Of a DNA stretch of 64,000 bases, positions 7,220 through 16,028 are shown one piece after another; within the stretch, counting starts at the first letter, position 1, and every line of letters begins with the position of its first letter. This DNA is from an uncultured Candidatus Saccharibacteria bacterium (GTDB lineage: Bacteria > Patescibacteriota > Minisyncoccia > Phycocordibacterales > CAIRYW01). The position numbers and the translations under genes are program-made. The stretch covers positions 5,743 through 69,742 of the forward strand of contig CAYUPH010000002.1 of NCBI GenBank assembly GCA_964446625.1. Direction: 5' to 3'. Under the pieces are notes generated by a model, which saw nothing but the letters and a program-made list of their open reading frames with translations, did no database searches and was not told the origin of the DNA.

Positions 7220-7279
7220 CAAGGACCGCCCTTGTCGAAAACGAGCCTTATGCCAGGCCGTGGCGAAGGGCGGTCCTTG
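7220..7279 (+). repeat. Structured repeat copy 2: perfect 14-bp stem (caaggaccgccctt/aagggcggtccttg) enclosing a 32-nt loop that contains the conserved core
   Basis: Core 7237-7264 is identical to 5939-5966. Stem positions show compensatory changes relative to copy 1. Confidence 0.6.
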
Positions 7280-7337
7280 AAAAAAAGATTTGGAAAGGAG
7301 ATAAAAATATGCGCAAAGGTTTTGGTATACTTTAAAT

Positions 7338-7817
7338 ATGAAAAAGGTTTTGACACTGTGTCTTCCAATTCGCGATGGCAAGGTACTCCTTGGAATGAAG
7401 AAGCGCGGATTTGGTGCGTGTTCTTGGAACGGATTTGGTGGAAAAGTTGAAGAAGGTGAAAGTATAGAAGAAGCTGCGCATCGAGAATTAGAAGAAGAAT
7501 CAGGAATCACCGAAGCAACTCTTCTCCCTGCTGGAACTTTGGAATTTGTTTTTAAAGATAGCGACGCACACCTTGAGGTACATGTGTTTAAGACGGAAGA
7601 ATTTTTGGGAAACGGAATTGAAACTGAAGAGATGTCACCAAAGTGGTTTCCTTTTTCTGAAATTCCATTTGAACAAATGTGGTCCGACGACAAATATTGG
7701 TTTCCTCTGCTTCTCGAGGGAAAGAAATTTAAAAGTAGTTTTGTTTTTGATGAACCAAGTTCAACTACCAAGAAAGGTGAAATTGTTTCTTATGTTTTAA
7801 ATGAAATAAATGATTAA
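7338..7817 (+). CDS. NUDIX hydrolase (MutT/MTH1-like)
   Basis: GFGGKVEEGESIEEAAHRELEEESG. TGgTATACT lies 6 nt before the ATG. A possible 8-codon uORF (7309..7335) with an AGGAG SD is immediately upstream. Confidence 0.85.
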   Translation: MKKVLTLCLPIRDGKVLLGMKKRGFGACSWNGFGGKVEEGESIEEAAHRELEEESGITEATLLPAGTLEFVFKDSDAHLEVHVFKTEEFLGNGIETEEMSPKWFPFSEIPFEQMWSDDKYWFPLLLEGKKFKSSFVFDEPSSTTKKGEIVSYVLNEIND

Positions 7818-8433
7818 AATAGGAAAAGATAAAAAATTAATTTTAAAAAAACTTCTGAAATACAACACACCAAGCAAAGTGCAGGATTTTCTGAATACTA
7901 TACCGTTTAATTTTGAAAAAGAGGGAGAAACATACTACTCGGTTTGTAGAGCACTCAAAGAAAAAAAAGCTCATTGTTTTGAAGGAGCACTCATTGCATA
8001 CTTTATTTTGGCTGAGAACGGTTATTCCCCTGCCCTGCTTGATTTAAAAGTAAAGACTAAAAGAGACTCGGACCATGTTGTTACTCTCTACAAAGTAAAT
8101 GGTCTTTGGGGTGCTGTGAGCAAAACAAACCATGCGTGTCTGCGTTTTAGAGACCCGATTTACAAAACAGTTCGCGAACTCGCACTCTCGTACTTCCATG
8201 AATATTTTTTAAACGAAAGCGGTGAAAAAACTCTTCAAAGTTTTAGTAGGGCTTTTTATATAAACGAGAAAAAATTTGACTATATTTTTGGAGAGGAAGA
8301 CCTCGACGACCTGGCGCTCGCTCTCGATAGGTCACCTCACACTCCTTTCTATGATCAAAAGCAAAAAAAGTACATACGAAAAGCTGATAAAATCGAAAGA
8401 AAGGCAGGAGAAATTACAGACTGGAGCGCATAG
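7810..8433 (+). CDS. Hypothetical protein with transglutaminase-like cysteine protease features
   Basis: AHCFEGALIAYFIL...GYSPALL (Cys motif), DHVV (His) and a later Asp. Overlaps the previous gene by 8 nt. Confidence 0.45.
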   Translation: MIKIGKDKKLILKKLLKYNTPSKVQDFLNTIPFNFEKEGETYYSVCRALKEKKAHCFEGALIAYFILAENGYSPALLDLKVKTKRDSDHVVTLYKVNGLWGAVSKTNHACLRFRDPIYKTVRELALSYFHEYFLNESGEKTLQSFSRAFYINEKKFDYIFGEEDLDDLALALDRSPHTPFYDQKQKKYIRKADKIERKAGEITDWSA

Positions 8434-8466
8434 AAAAGGGGTAAAAAAAGTGCTAAAATAGAGCCT

Positions 8467-9345
8467 ATGATTAAAAAAACCGCAGAATTTAGTGAGAAAA
8501 ACGCTCTTTTCCTTGCTATAGCTCTAATCTTCTCTGGAGGAGCTTTTAGTTATATGCTTCACACTATAAAAAGCTACGATGAAACTCTTCAAAGCACACT
8601 AAACCTTCTTACAGAAGTATCCGAAGACCACCAGAAAACAACTTCCGAGAAAAGCACTCTTCAAAACCAGCTTGCAAGCGAAACAGAAAAAAATGTTCAT
8701 TTGGAATCAGAATACCAAAACGCAAAAGAGACTGCTGACGAATTAAAAAAGATTTCAAAAACTGATCCAGAGCTTTTACAAAAATATTCCAAGGTTTACT
8801 TCCTCAACGAAAACTATATTCCCAAAAAGCTTTCAAACATTAGTACTGACTACTTAATCCGAACAAACAAGCCTGAACAGTTTCTTTCATCGGTAAAAGG
8901 TCAGCTCGAAGAAATGATCGATGATGCTGAGGATGACGAGGTAACGATAAAAGTTCTCTCTGCATATAGGTCTTTCGAACAACAAAAGAATCTCAAATCT
9001 TCTTACAATGTTGTCTATGGAGCAAATACCGCAAACAAATTTTCTGCCGAGCAAGGCTTTTCAGAACACCAGCTAGGCACGACTGTCGACTTTACAACCC
9101 CAGAGATTGGAACCACATCTGTAACCTTTGAGAAAAGTGAGGCTTTTAAATGGCTTACAGAAAATGCACATAAATACGGCTTTGTACTCTCCTACCCCAG
9201 AGGAAACACCTACTACACTTACGAGCCGTGGCACTGGCGATACGTTGGCGTCGACCTGGCAACTGACCTGTACGAAGATGAGGAATATTTTTACAACCTC
9301 GACCAGAGAGACCTTGACCGGTATATAGGAAAATTCTTTGACTAA
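8467..9345 (+). CDS. VanY / M15B D-alanyl-D-alanine carboxypeptidase-family peptidase with N-terminal TM and coiled coil
   Basis: SAYRSFEQQ, SEHQLGTTVD and EPWHWRYVG motifs. Confidence 0.8.
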   Translation: MIKKTAEFSEKNALFLAIALIFSGGAFSYMLHTIKSYDETLQSTLNLLTEVSEDHQKTTSEKSTLQNQLASETEKNVHLESEYQNAKETADELKKISKTDPELLQKYSKVYFLNENYIPKKLSNISTDYLIRTNKPEQFLSSVKGQLEEMIDDAEDDEVTIKVLSAYRSFEQQKNLKSSYNVVYGANTANKFSAEQGFSEHQLGTTVDFTTPEIGTTSVTFEKSEAFKWLTENAHKYGFVLSYPRGNTYYTYEPWHWRYVGVDLATDLYEDEEYFYNLDQRDLDRYIGKFFD

Positions 9346-9799
9346 ACAAATGGATATTACTGATCCAATACCACAGAAAGTTGCAAAAAAACATATTGAT
9401 ACGAGGCTCCTTTGGAGGCTACGGATTTTTCGAGTTGTGAGTGGACTTCTTCTTGCTTTTGCGATTTACGATATTTATATAAAAAAGATTTCAATTCTTT
9501 ACTCGCTCATTGGGCTTTCTCTAGGAATTCTTTTTGGAATCGTTGCAGGACGAAGCTTTAATATTTTTTGGCACCCCGAAACAAAAAAAGTTGTTGCTGA
9601 ACTAGACCTCTTTGGAATGATAGTCTTTGTTCTCTACATTTTTATTGAAATTAAACGAAAGTGGATTTTTGGACACTGGGTAGAAGGAGTGGTACTCACT
9701 GCCTTTTGCCTTATCTTTGCAACTGGCGCCTTCCTTGGTAGATACCTCTCTATTAAAAACAAAATCTGCCTTGTACTAGAGGAAAACAACAAAATCTAG
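9338..9799 (+). CDS. Membrane protein, hypothetical (4 TM)
   Basis: Hydrophobic segments; overlaps the upstream gene by 8 nt. Confidence 0.5.
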   Translation: MTKQMDITDPIPQKVAKKHIDTRLLWRLRIFRVVSGLLLAFAIYDIYIKKISILYSLIGLSLGILFGIVAGRSFNIFWHPETKKVVAELDLFGMIVFVLYIFIEIKRKWIFGHWVEGVVLTAFCLIFATGAFLGRYLSIKNKICLVLEENNKI

Positions 9800-9918
9800 C
9801 CTCCCCTTTCCATCTAAAGGGTTTTGTGATACAATTTTGGTGTTCGTAGTTTTTCTTCTCTAGGCTATAAGCGTAAGGGAAAAGTACGGAGGTCGCTTAT
9901 TAGGCTTAGAATTTGCAC

Positions 9919-10242
9919 ATGCCAAATAAACTTTATGTAGGCTCAATTGCCTACCAGACAACTGACGATGGCCTTAGACAGGCTTTTTCGGCTTTTGGAA
10001 ACGTTACATCTGCGTCTGTAATTATGGACAAGATGACTGGACGATCTAAAGGATTCGGATTCGTTGAGATGTCTACTGCTGAAGAAGCACAGGCAGCAAT
10101 CCAAGGTCTTGATGGAAAGGAACTTGACGGACGAACAATCCGAGTCAACGTTGCTCAGCCAAAAGAAGACCGACCACGAGGAGGTGACCGAGGAGGTTTC
10201 CGACCACGAGGAGGATTCGGAGGAGGAAGAGGAAACTACTAA
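9919..10242 (+). CDS. RRM-type glycine-rich RNA-binding protein
   Basis: RNP-2 (LYVGSI) and RNP-1 (KGFGFVEM) motifs with an RGG/GGF tail. TAGAAT lies 6 nt before the ATG; the track start at 9913 is TTG. Confidence 0.85.
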   Translation: MPNKLYVGSIAYQTTDDGLRQAFSAFGNVTSASVIMDKMTGRSKGFGFVEMSTAEEAQAAIQGLDGKELDGRTIRVNVAQPKEDRPRGGDRGGFRPRGGFGGGRGNY

Positions 10243-10254
10243 TTCTCCAAAAAG

Positions 10255-10286
10255 AAAACCGGCGCCCTTTGGGCGCCGGTTTTTTG
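10255..10286. terminator. Bidirectional terminator aaaaccggcgccc tttg ggcgccggtttttt
   Basis: Perfect GC-rich stem flanked by A- and T-runs between convergent genes. Confidence 0.7.
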
Positions 10287-10302
10287 TATTCTCTACTCCT
10301 TT

Positions 10303-10833
10303 CTAATTAGCTCCAGGACAAGCAGCAAACTCACAATTTGGTCCAGTTCTACCTACATAAGATCCATCAGGACAAGCTTTTGCTTCCATAGTACACGCTA
10401 CTCCCCCATGACCTTCGTGCATCATTCCGGTTCCGCTTTCTCCAAACCATGCTTTTTGCCAAGTTTTCATCATTTCGATTTCCCTTGTCTGGGCTGTGAC
10501 GATATCTTTTGCGAGTTTGGTTAGTTCTGCTCTTTTGCTAGTAGCAAGAACCATATTTGCCATCTCAACTGCGCCCTCATGATGCATAATCATCTCCGAA
10601 AGGAATGCTTTATCAAAAGCGTCTCCTGTTTTTCCGGAAAGACCCATAGTCATACCTTTCATCATGTCCCCCATCGAAGAAGCACCCTTGTGCTGCATCA
10701 TATTTTTATTAAACTCCCCTCTGTGAAAATACTCTCCTCTTCCCTTTCCATCGAAATTATTGCCAAAAATAAAGCCAATAAAGAAGGCGACAACAAGAGT
10801 AAGAACCAGATTAACCTTTGGACTAAGTGTCAT
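10303..10833 (-). CDS. DUF305-family protein with a Cys-rich C-terminal tail
   Basis: FLSEMIMHHEGAVEMA (HH motif of DUF305). N-terminal TM. Tail GHGGVACTMEAKACPDGSYVGRTGPNCEFAACPG. Confidence 0.7.
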   Translation of the reverse strand: MTLSPKVNLVLTLVVAFFIGFIFGNNFDGKGRGEYFHRGEFNKNMMQHKGASSMGDMMKGMTMGLSGKTGDAFDKAFLSEMIMHHEGAVEMANMVLATSKRAELTKLAKDIVTAQTREIEMMKTWQKAWFGESGTGMMHEGHGGVACTMEAKACPDGSYVGRTGPNCEFAACPGAN

Positions 10834-10886
10834 ATAAATAGTTGTATTATGTTCTCTTAAAGCGACTCCTATATTATACTATATGT

Positions 10887-11234
10887 ATGCAAAAACTTTT
10901 ACAGAGCTTCAGGTATGCCAAAAGCGGTCTTCTCACAGTACTCCGCGAAGAAGACAATTTTCAAGTTGAAATAATTATGAGCGTCGCTGTATGCATTCTT
11001 GGATTTTTGGTTCACCTAGGTAGAGGCGAATGGCTTTTTATTTGCGTTGCAATCACTCTTGTTCTTTCTTCTGAAATCATAAACACTGTAGTTGAAGACC
11101 TATGTAACAAAATCGAACCCACCCACAACAATGTCATTGGAAAAATAAAAGACATGTCCGCAGCGTTTACTTTGGTAATGTGCATTGGAAGCGCTATTAT
11201 CGGACTTATTATTTTCTTACCGCATTTTTTCTAG
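10887..11234 (+). CDS. dgkA: Diacylglycerol/undecaprenol kinase DgkA family
   Basis: SFRYAKSGL, EDNFQVE, 3 TM and a C-terminal IEP/NN motif. TATACT lies 6 nt before the ATG at 10887. Confidence 0.7.
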   Translation: MQKLLQSFRYAKSGLLTVLREEDNFQVEIIMSVAVCILGFLVHLGRGEWLFICVAITLVLSSEIINTVVEDLCNKIEPTHNNVIGKIKDMSAAFTLVMCIGSAIIGLIIFLPHFF

Positions 11235-11236
11235 CC

Positions 11237-12526
11237 ATGAGTATTGAAGCAACAATCGTAAAATTTTTCTTGAGTCACGGAAGCCTTTTTGAAGTAATCG
11301 GTTACTACGCGGTTTTTTTGGGAAGTTTTCTTGAGTCAGTACCTTTCTTTGGTTTCCTCATTCCTGGGCAAACAATTGTTGTCCTCGGAGGTTTCTATGC
11401 AAGATTAAACGACGCATCGATGATTTGTATCGCTCTTTTTGCCGGCGCAGGAGCATTTATTGGAGATATGATTGGGTTTATTCTTGGAAGAAAGTACGGA
11501 AGCCATTTTACAGAAAAACTTGCCCACAAACTTTTTATAAAAAAAGAGTACATTGAGGAAACAAAAACTTTAGTCGAAAACCACCCGTTCAAAACAATAT
11601 TCCTCGGAAAATTTCACCCCGTTGGTCGAGCACTTGCTCCGTTTGCATCGGGCGCTTCAAAGCTTTACGCTAGCAAATTTATTCCAATCACTTTTCTAAG
11701 TTCGTTTGTGTGGGCGTTTTTCTTTTCTCTAATTGGGTATATTTTTGGAGAAAGCTTCCTTTCAGTTGGAGGAAGTGTTGGAAAGTTTGTATTTGCTGCA
11801 TCTATCTTTACTTTTGCGATTATCTCCGCCTATGTCTATGCTCGTTCAAAAAAGATGAATGTTACCCTAAAGGACGCAGCGCTCCTCATTCTTTCCCTCA
11901 TTTCCCTCTATGTGTTTACAACCCTCTCAGAAAACACTGTTCGCCACGCATCTCTTACAAATATAGATTTTTTTGTAAATGGTAAACTCAAAGAAATTAT
12001 TTCTCTTCCCCTAACTGCACTCATGCAAGGGGCAACATCACTCGGTGGTGGAAGCTTTATTGCAGGACTTACTCTTCTAATTGGAGTTCTCCTTTTTCTC
12101 AAAAAGAAATTTCGAGAGGGAGCAATACTGTGGGTTAGTGTCGGTCTTGTTACTTTTTCTACATATATATTTAAAATTTATTTTAAAGTACCAAGACCAC
12201 GAGGTGGAGTTGGATCTGCAGGTGGGTACAGTTTCCCAAGCGGACACGCAAGCGAAAGCACCGTCTTCTTTCTCTCTCTCCTTCTCATCTTCTTCCCACT
12301 CATAAAAAGTCGCTTCCTTAAAACACTTCTCGCTTTCTTTTGTATATTTACACCTCTTGCAGTTTCTTTTTCAAGATTGTATCTTGGAGTCCATTGGTTT
12401 ACTGATGTTTTAGGAGGAATATCACTGTCATGCTTTATTGTCTCGATAGTCTACCTTCTAGGAGACTTTGTTCCATGGTTATATAGAAAAATCAGAAACA
12501 GAGAAGTTGCTCCGCCAAATTTATAA
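11237..12526 (+). CDS. DedA (SNARE-associated/VTT) domain fused to a PAP2 phosphatase domain (undecaprenyl-pyrophosphate phosphatase-like)
   Basis: N-terminal DedA pattern (FLESVPFFGFLIPGQTIVVLGGF). C-terminal PAP2 motifs KVPRPRG, PSGH and SRLYLGVHWFTDVLGG. The ATG is 2 nt after the dgkA stop. Confidence 0.8.
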   Translation: MSIEATIVKFFLSHGSLFEVIGYYAVFLGSFLESVPFFGFLIPGQTIVVLGGFYARLNDASMICIALFAGAGAFIGDMIGFILGRKYGSHFTEKLAHKLFIKKEYIEETKTLVENHPFKTIFLGKFHPVGRALAPFASGASKLYASKFIPITFLSSFVWAFFFSLIGYIFGESFLSVGGSVGKFVFAASIFTFAIISAYVYARSKKMNVTLKDAALLILSLISLYVFTTLSENTVRHASLTNIDFFVNGKLKEIISLPLTALMQGATSLGGGSFIAGLTLLIGVLLFLKKKFREGAILWVSVGLVTFSTYIFKIYFKVPRPRGGVGSAGGYSFPSGHASESTVFFLSLLLIFFPLIKSRFLKTLLAFFCIFTPLAVSFSRLYLGVHWFTDVLGGISLSCFIVSIVYLLGDFVPWLYRKIRNREVAPPNL

Positions 12527-12544
12527 AATAAATACAAACATACT

Positions 12545-13789
12545 ATGTCAGAAGATTACACACCATCAAAAAAGATTTTAGAAAACTACGCAAAAGTTCT
12601 CGTTAACTTTGCGCTCGGTGGAGGAAAAGGAGTAAAAAAAGGAGAGACTGTTTACCTTACAGTAAACGAGTATGCAAAACCTCTGTATGTTGAGCTCTAC
12701 AAAGCAATTATAAAAGCTGGTGGAAATGTAATTCAAAACTATATTCCTGATGACAAAGAAACATACGACAAAGCAAACAGTAATGTATCACGTATTTTCT
12801 ACGAACTAGCAAGTAAAGAACAGCTTTCTTACTTCCCTTCTAAATACCTAAAAGGACTTATCGATGAAATCGACCACTCTGTTTATATAATCTCTGACAC
12901 AAACAAACATATTCTAAAAGGCATCGACCCAAAGAAAATCATGGCGCGTGGTAAAGCATTTAAGCCGTACATGGACTGGCGAAATCACAAAGAAAACCAA
13001 GGAAAGTTTACATGGACTCTTGCTCTCTATGGAACTCCTGCTATGGCAAAGGAAGCTCGTATGAGTCTTAAAGAATATTGGGAACAGATTATTAAGGCAT
13101 GTTTTCTCGACAAAAAAGACCCGATTGCTGAGTGGAAAAAAGTTTTCAAAATGGTAGAAAAAGCACAGAACAAACTAAACTCTATGCCGATTGAAAAGCT
13201 ACATGTGACAGGACCAGACGCAGATCTTTGGGTAAAGCTCGGTGAAAAGAAAAAGTGGATGGGTGGAAGTGGAAGAAATATTCCTTCATTTGAAATCTTT
13301 ACTTCTCCAGACTGGAGAGGAACAAACGGTTGGATTAGATTTTCTGAGCCGCTCTACCGCTACGGAAACCTGATCACAGGAATTGAACTTTGGTTTAAAG
13401 ATGGAAAAGTTGTGAAATCAAAAGCAACCCAAAATGAAAAAGTTTTGAAGGAAATGATTGCAACAGAAAACGCAGATAAAATTGGTGAATACTCTCTGAC
13501 AGACAAACGATTTTCTCGAATCACTAAGTTCATGGCCGAAACTCTCTTTGACGAAAATGTTGGTGGCAAGTATGGAAACACACACTTAGCACTCGGAAAC
13601 GCTTACCATGACTGCTACGCAGGTGACCCTGCACAAATGACAGAAGAAGATTGGGAAGAACTTGGATTTAACTCTTCATCTGTTCACACCGACATTGTCT
13701 CTACAACACCTCGAACAGTGACAGCACACATGAAGGATGGAACGAGCAAAGTGATTTACAAAGACGGTTTGTTTACGTTTTTGAAGTAG
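12545..13789 (+). CDS. Aminopeptidase, M29 family (AmpS/PepS-like)
   Basis: N-terminal LENYAKVLVNFALGGGKGVKKGETVYL and overall M29 pattern. Confidence 0.75.
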   Translation: MSEDYTPSKKILENYAKVLVNFALGGGKGVKKGETVYLTVNEYAKPLYVELYKAIIKAGGNVIQNYIPDDKETYDKANSNVSRIFYELASKEQLSYFPSKYLKGLIDEIDHSVYIISDTNKHILKGIDPKKIMARGKAFKPYMDWRNHKENQGKFTWTLALYGTPAMAKEARMSLKEYWEQIIKACFLDKKDPIAEWKKVFKMVEKAQNKLNSMPIEKLHVTGPDADLWVKLGEKKKWMGGSGRNIPSFEIFTSPDWRGTNGWIRFSEPLYRYGNLITGIELWFKDGKVVKSKATQNEKVLKEMIATENADKIGEYSLTDKRFSRITKFMAETLFDENVGGKYGNTHLALGNAYHDCYAGDPAQMTEEDWEELGFNSSSVHTDIVSTTPRTVTAHMKDGTSKVIYKDGLFTFLK

Positions 13790-13802
13790 TTATACATCTT
13801 CT

Positions 13803-14624
13803 ATGTATAAGGAACCTTGTGCAGAATCTTCTGAACCCGATTCAATATATGATGAGGTACGAAAAAGTCTCACAGTTGCAGATATAGGAGCACAAACAGA
13901 AGAACAAGAGGCTGCCCGCTACAAATTCTATGATTCTCCGCTTCACAGTTTTGATTCATCGTTTGCGGGTACTTTTCCTGAAAAAATGCATACAATAAGT
14001 GAGTATTTAGAACAGTTTTATAAAGAAAAAGACGGTACTCTTGTGGGTATGGAGCTTGGTGGACAAGGATGTAATTTATTTGGACCAAAAGGCTTAGAAA
14101 AATATTTTGGCAAAACTGTAGCATTTTCGCTAACAAAAGATTCCGAAAAAAACACATTATCTATCCCTAAAAATCATGAACTTATACGAGCAGATGTCTT
14201 TCATAAACGAAAAAAAGAAGACTACAGTGGCACAGAACAACCTTCATATAGGACAGTTGAAAGATGGGTGGAACAAAATGGGAAAGTGGATATTATTTTT
14301 GAAAGAATGGGACTAGGAAAAGCAGGCCTAACAGAAAAACATTTTCTTCAAATTCTTAAACGCTGGTACGAACTTCTTAGTCCGGAAGGTACTATGTTTA
14401 TTGAGCTTCCAAGTTATCTTTACTACCCACTTAATCCTACAGCAATAAGCAAACAGAGTTTTGATTCACTTAGAGAATTTTTAGAAAAAAATAAAAGATT
14501 TTTTGATTATTCAATTGATCCTGCGCAAAGAGAGGGGGAAAACGATTACATAAGACTTCGCAAACTCCCTGGCGCACCTGATTCCCTAGACGGTCTAATA
14601 AAACAAGATGAAAGGCTGGACTAG
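13803..14624 (+). CDS. Hypothetical protein, possibly SAM-dependent methyltransferase-like
   Basis: GMELGGQGCNLFG resembles MTase motif I and VDIIFERMG resembles the post-II motif. Weak evidence. Confidence 0.45.
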   Translation: MYKEPCAESSEPDSIYDEVRKSLTVADIGAQTEEQEAARYKFYDSPLHSFDSSFAGTFPEKMHTISEYLEQFYKEKDGTLVGMELGGQGCNLFGPKGLEKYFGKTVAFSLTKDSEKNTLSIPKNHELIRADVFHKRKKEDYSGTEQPSYRTVERWVEQNGKVDIIFERMGLGKAGLTEKHFLQILKRWYELLSPEGTMFIELPSYLYYPLNPTAISKQSFDSLREFLEKNKRFFDYSIDPAQREGENDYIRLRKLPGAPDSLDGLIKQDERLD

Positions 14625-15390
14625 GGAACAAATAAAAAACCACACCGAAGCAGGAAAAAAGCTTGCTGTTATAAAAGAAGAAGTAAAAAACTTCTTAAGT
14701 AAAACTGTTGCTGTTTCTGAACTTGAGACTATTTCTTTTATCAAGAAAAGATATAAGCACCACGGTCTAGTAAACGATAAACCAAAAGAAAGTTGCATCG
14801 CTGCTTTTGGAAAACACACGAACGAAGTCCACTATTTTCCAAACAAAAATTCTAATGCTGTCCTTGCTGTTGGTGACATCATTCTTATAGATATGTGGGC
14901 AAGATTGCCAGAGAAAAATGCTCCGTATGCCGACGCAACATTTATGTTCTACTTTGGAAAAAAGATACCAAAAGATATTCAAAAAACATGGAAAATTTTG
15001 ACCGAGGCAAGAGACAAAGCAATAAAATATATCGAACAGTGTACTAGTATACAGAGGAAAAATGATACTAAAAATAAAACTACTTCTCCTTTACCTCGCG
15101 GATTAGATATAGATAGAGTAGCTCATGATATTATCGGAAATACTGGTCTTGGTAGAGGAATCAAACACACTATTGGTCACTCACTTGGACTAAATTCTCC
15201 ACATGGAGAATTGTCTGGTATTAATTGGCGCGAATACTCCCCTATTCTTAAAAATGTAGCTTATACAATCGAACCTGGAATTTATCTCGAACAATTTGGT
15301 ATGCGAACTGAAATAGACTTTTATGTTACAAAAGAAGGAAAAGTAGTTGTAACCACTCCCCTACAAGATGAAATCGAACTTTTGCATTAA
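14608..15390 (+). CDS. M24-family peptidase (Xaa-Pro aminopeptidase / methionine-aminopeptidase fold)
   Basis: Metal ligand region DMWARL...DATFMFY, GHSLGL and EPGIY. Confidence 0.75.
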   Translation: MKGWTREQIKNHTEAGKKLAVIKEEVKNFLSKTVAVSELETISFIKKRYKHHGLVNDKPKESCIAAFGKHTNEVHYFPNKNSNAVLAVGDIILIDMWARLPEKNAPYADATFMFYFGKKIPKDIQKTWKILTEARDKAIKYIEQCTSIQRKNDTKNKTTSPLPRGLDIDRVAHDIIGNTGLGRGIKHTIGHSLGLNSPHGELSGINWREYSPILKNVAYTIEPGIYLEQFGMRTEIDFYVTKEGKVVVTTPLQDEIELLH

Positions 15391-15443
15391 TCCTAAAAAA
15401 GTCTAAAATTAGAGCATATTAGTTTTAGATTAAATTTAAATTT

Positions 15444-16028
15444 ATGAAAAAGTATGTAGCAGAATCCTTTGGTACTCTAGTACTGTCGCTTGCAGTCCTT
15501 GCTTCTCTTATTAAATCTACAGGTTTTCCTACCGCCTTAGTTGCTGGAATCACTCTCACTTTGCTTGTTTTTATGATTGGAGCAGTCTCAGGTGCACATG
15601 TTAATCCAGCTGTGACACTTGGCGCATACTTTATGAAAAAAATTTCAAGGAAAGAAGCGCTTATGTATATTCTCTTCCAATTCATTGGGGCGCTCGGTGC
15701 AATCATTATTGTCACTTTCCTAGGATTTAAAATCCCTCTCCTTACATCTGTTTTTTCTTTTAAAGCACTTGTTGCAGAACTCCTTGGAACAGCGATTTTT
15801 GTACTTGGAATCGCATCAGCCCTTCACTCTTCAAAAGAAAATATTTTTGTTCCTTTTGTAATCGGAGGATCTCTCTCACTTGGCGCAATCATTGCTGGAA
15901 TTGGTTCAAATGGAGTATTAAACCCTGCAGTTGGGTTCGCTATCGGATCATTTAACCTTGCTTACATTGTAGGACCACTTCTCGGGGCTTATGTAGGAGT
16001 ATGGCTTTATAAAAAAATTTGCGCTTAA
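15444..16028 (+). CDS. Aquaporin/MIP-family channel
   Basis: Two NPA motifs (GAHVNPAVTLG and VLNPAVGFAIG) and 6 TM segments. Confidence 0.85.
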   Translation: MKKYVAESFGTLVLSLAVLASLIKSTGFPTALVAGITLTLLVFMIGAVSGAHVNPAVTLGAYFMKKISRKEALMYILFQFIGALGAIIIVTFLGFKIPLLTSVFSFKALVAELLGTAIFVLGIASALHSSKENIFVPFVIGGSLSLGAIIAGIGSNGVLNPAVGFAIGSFNLAYIVGPLLGAYVGVWLYKKICA

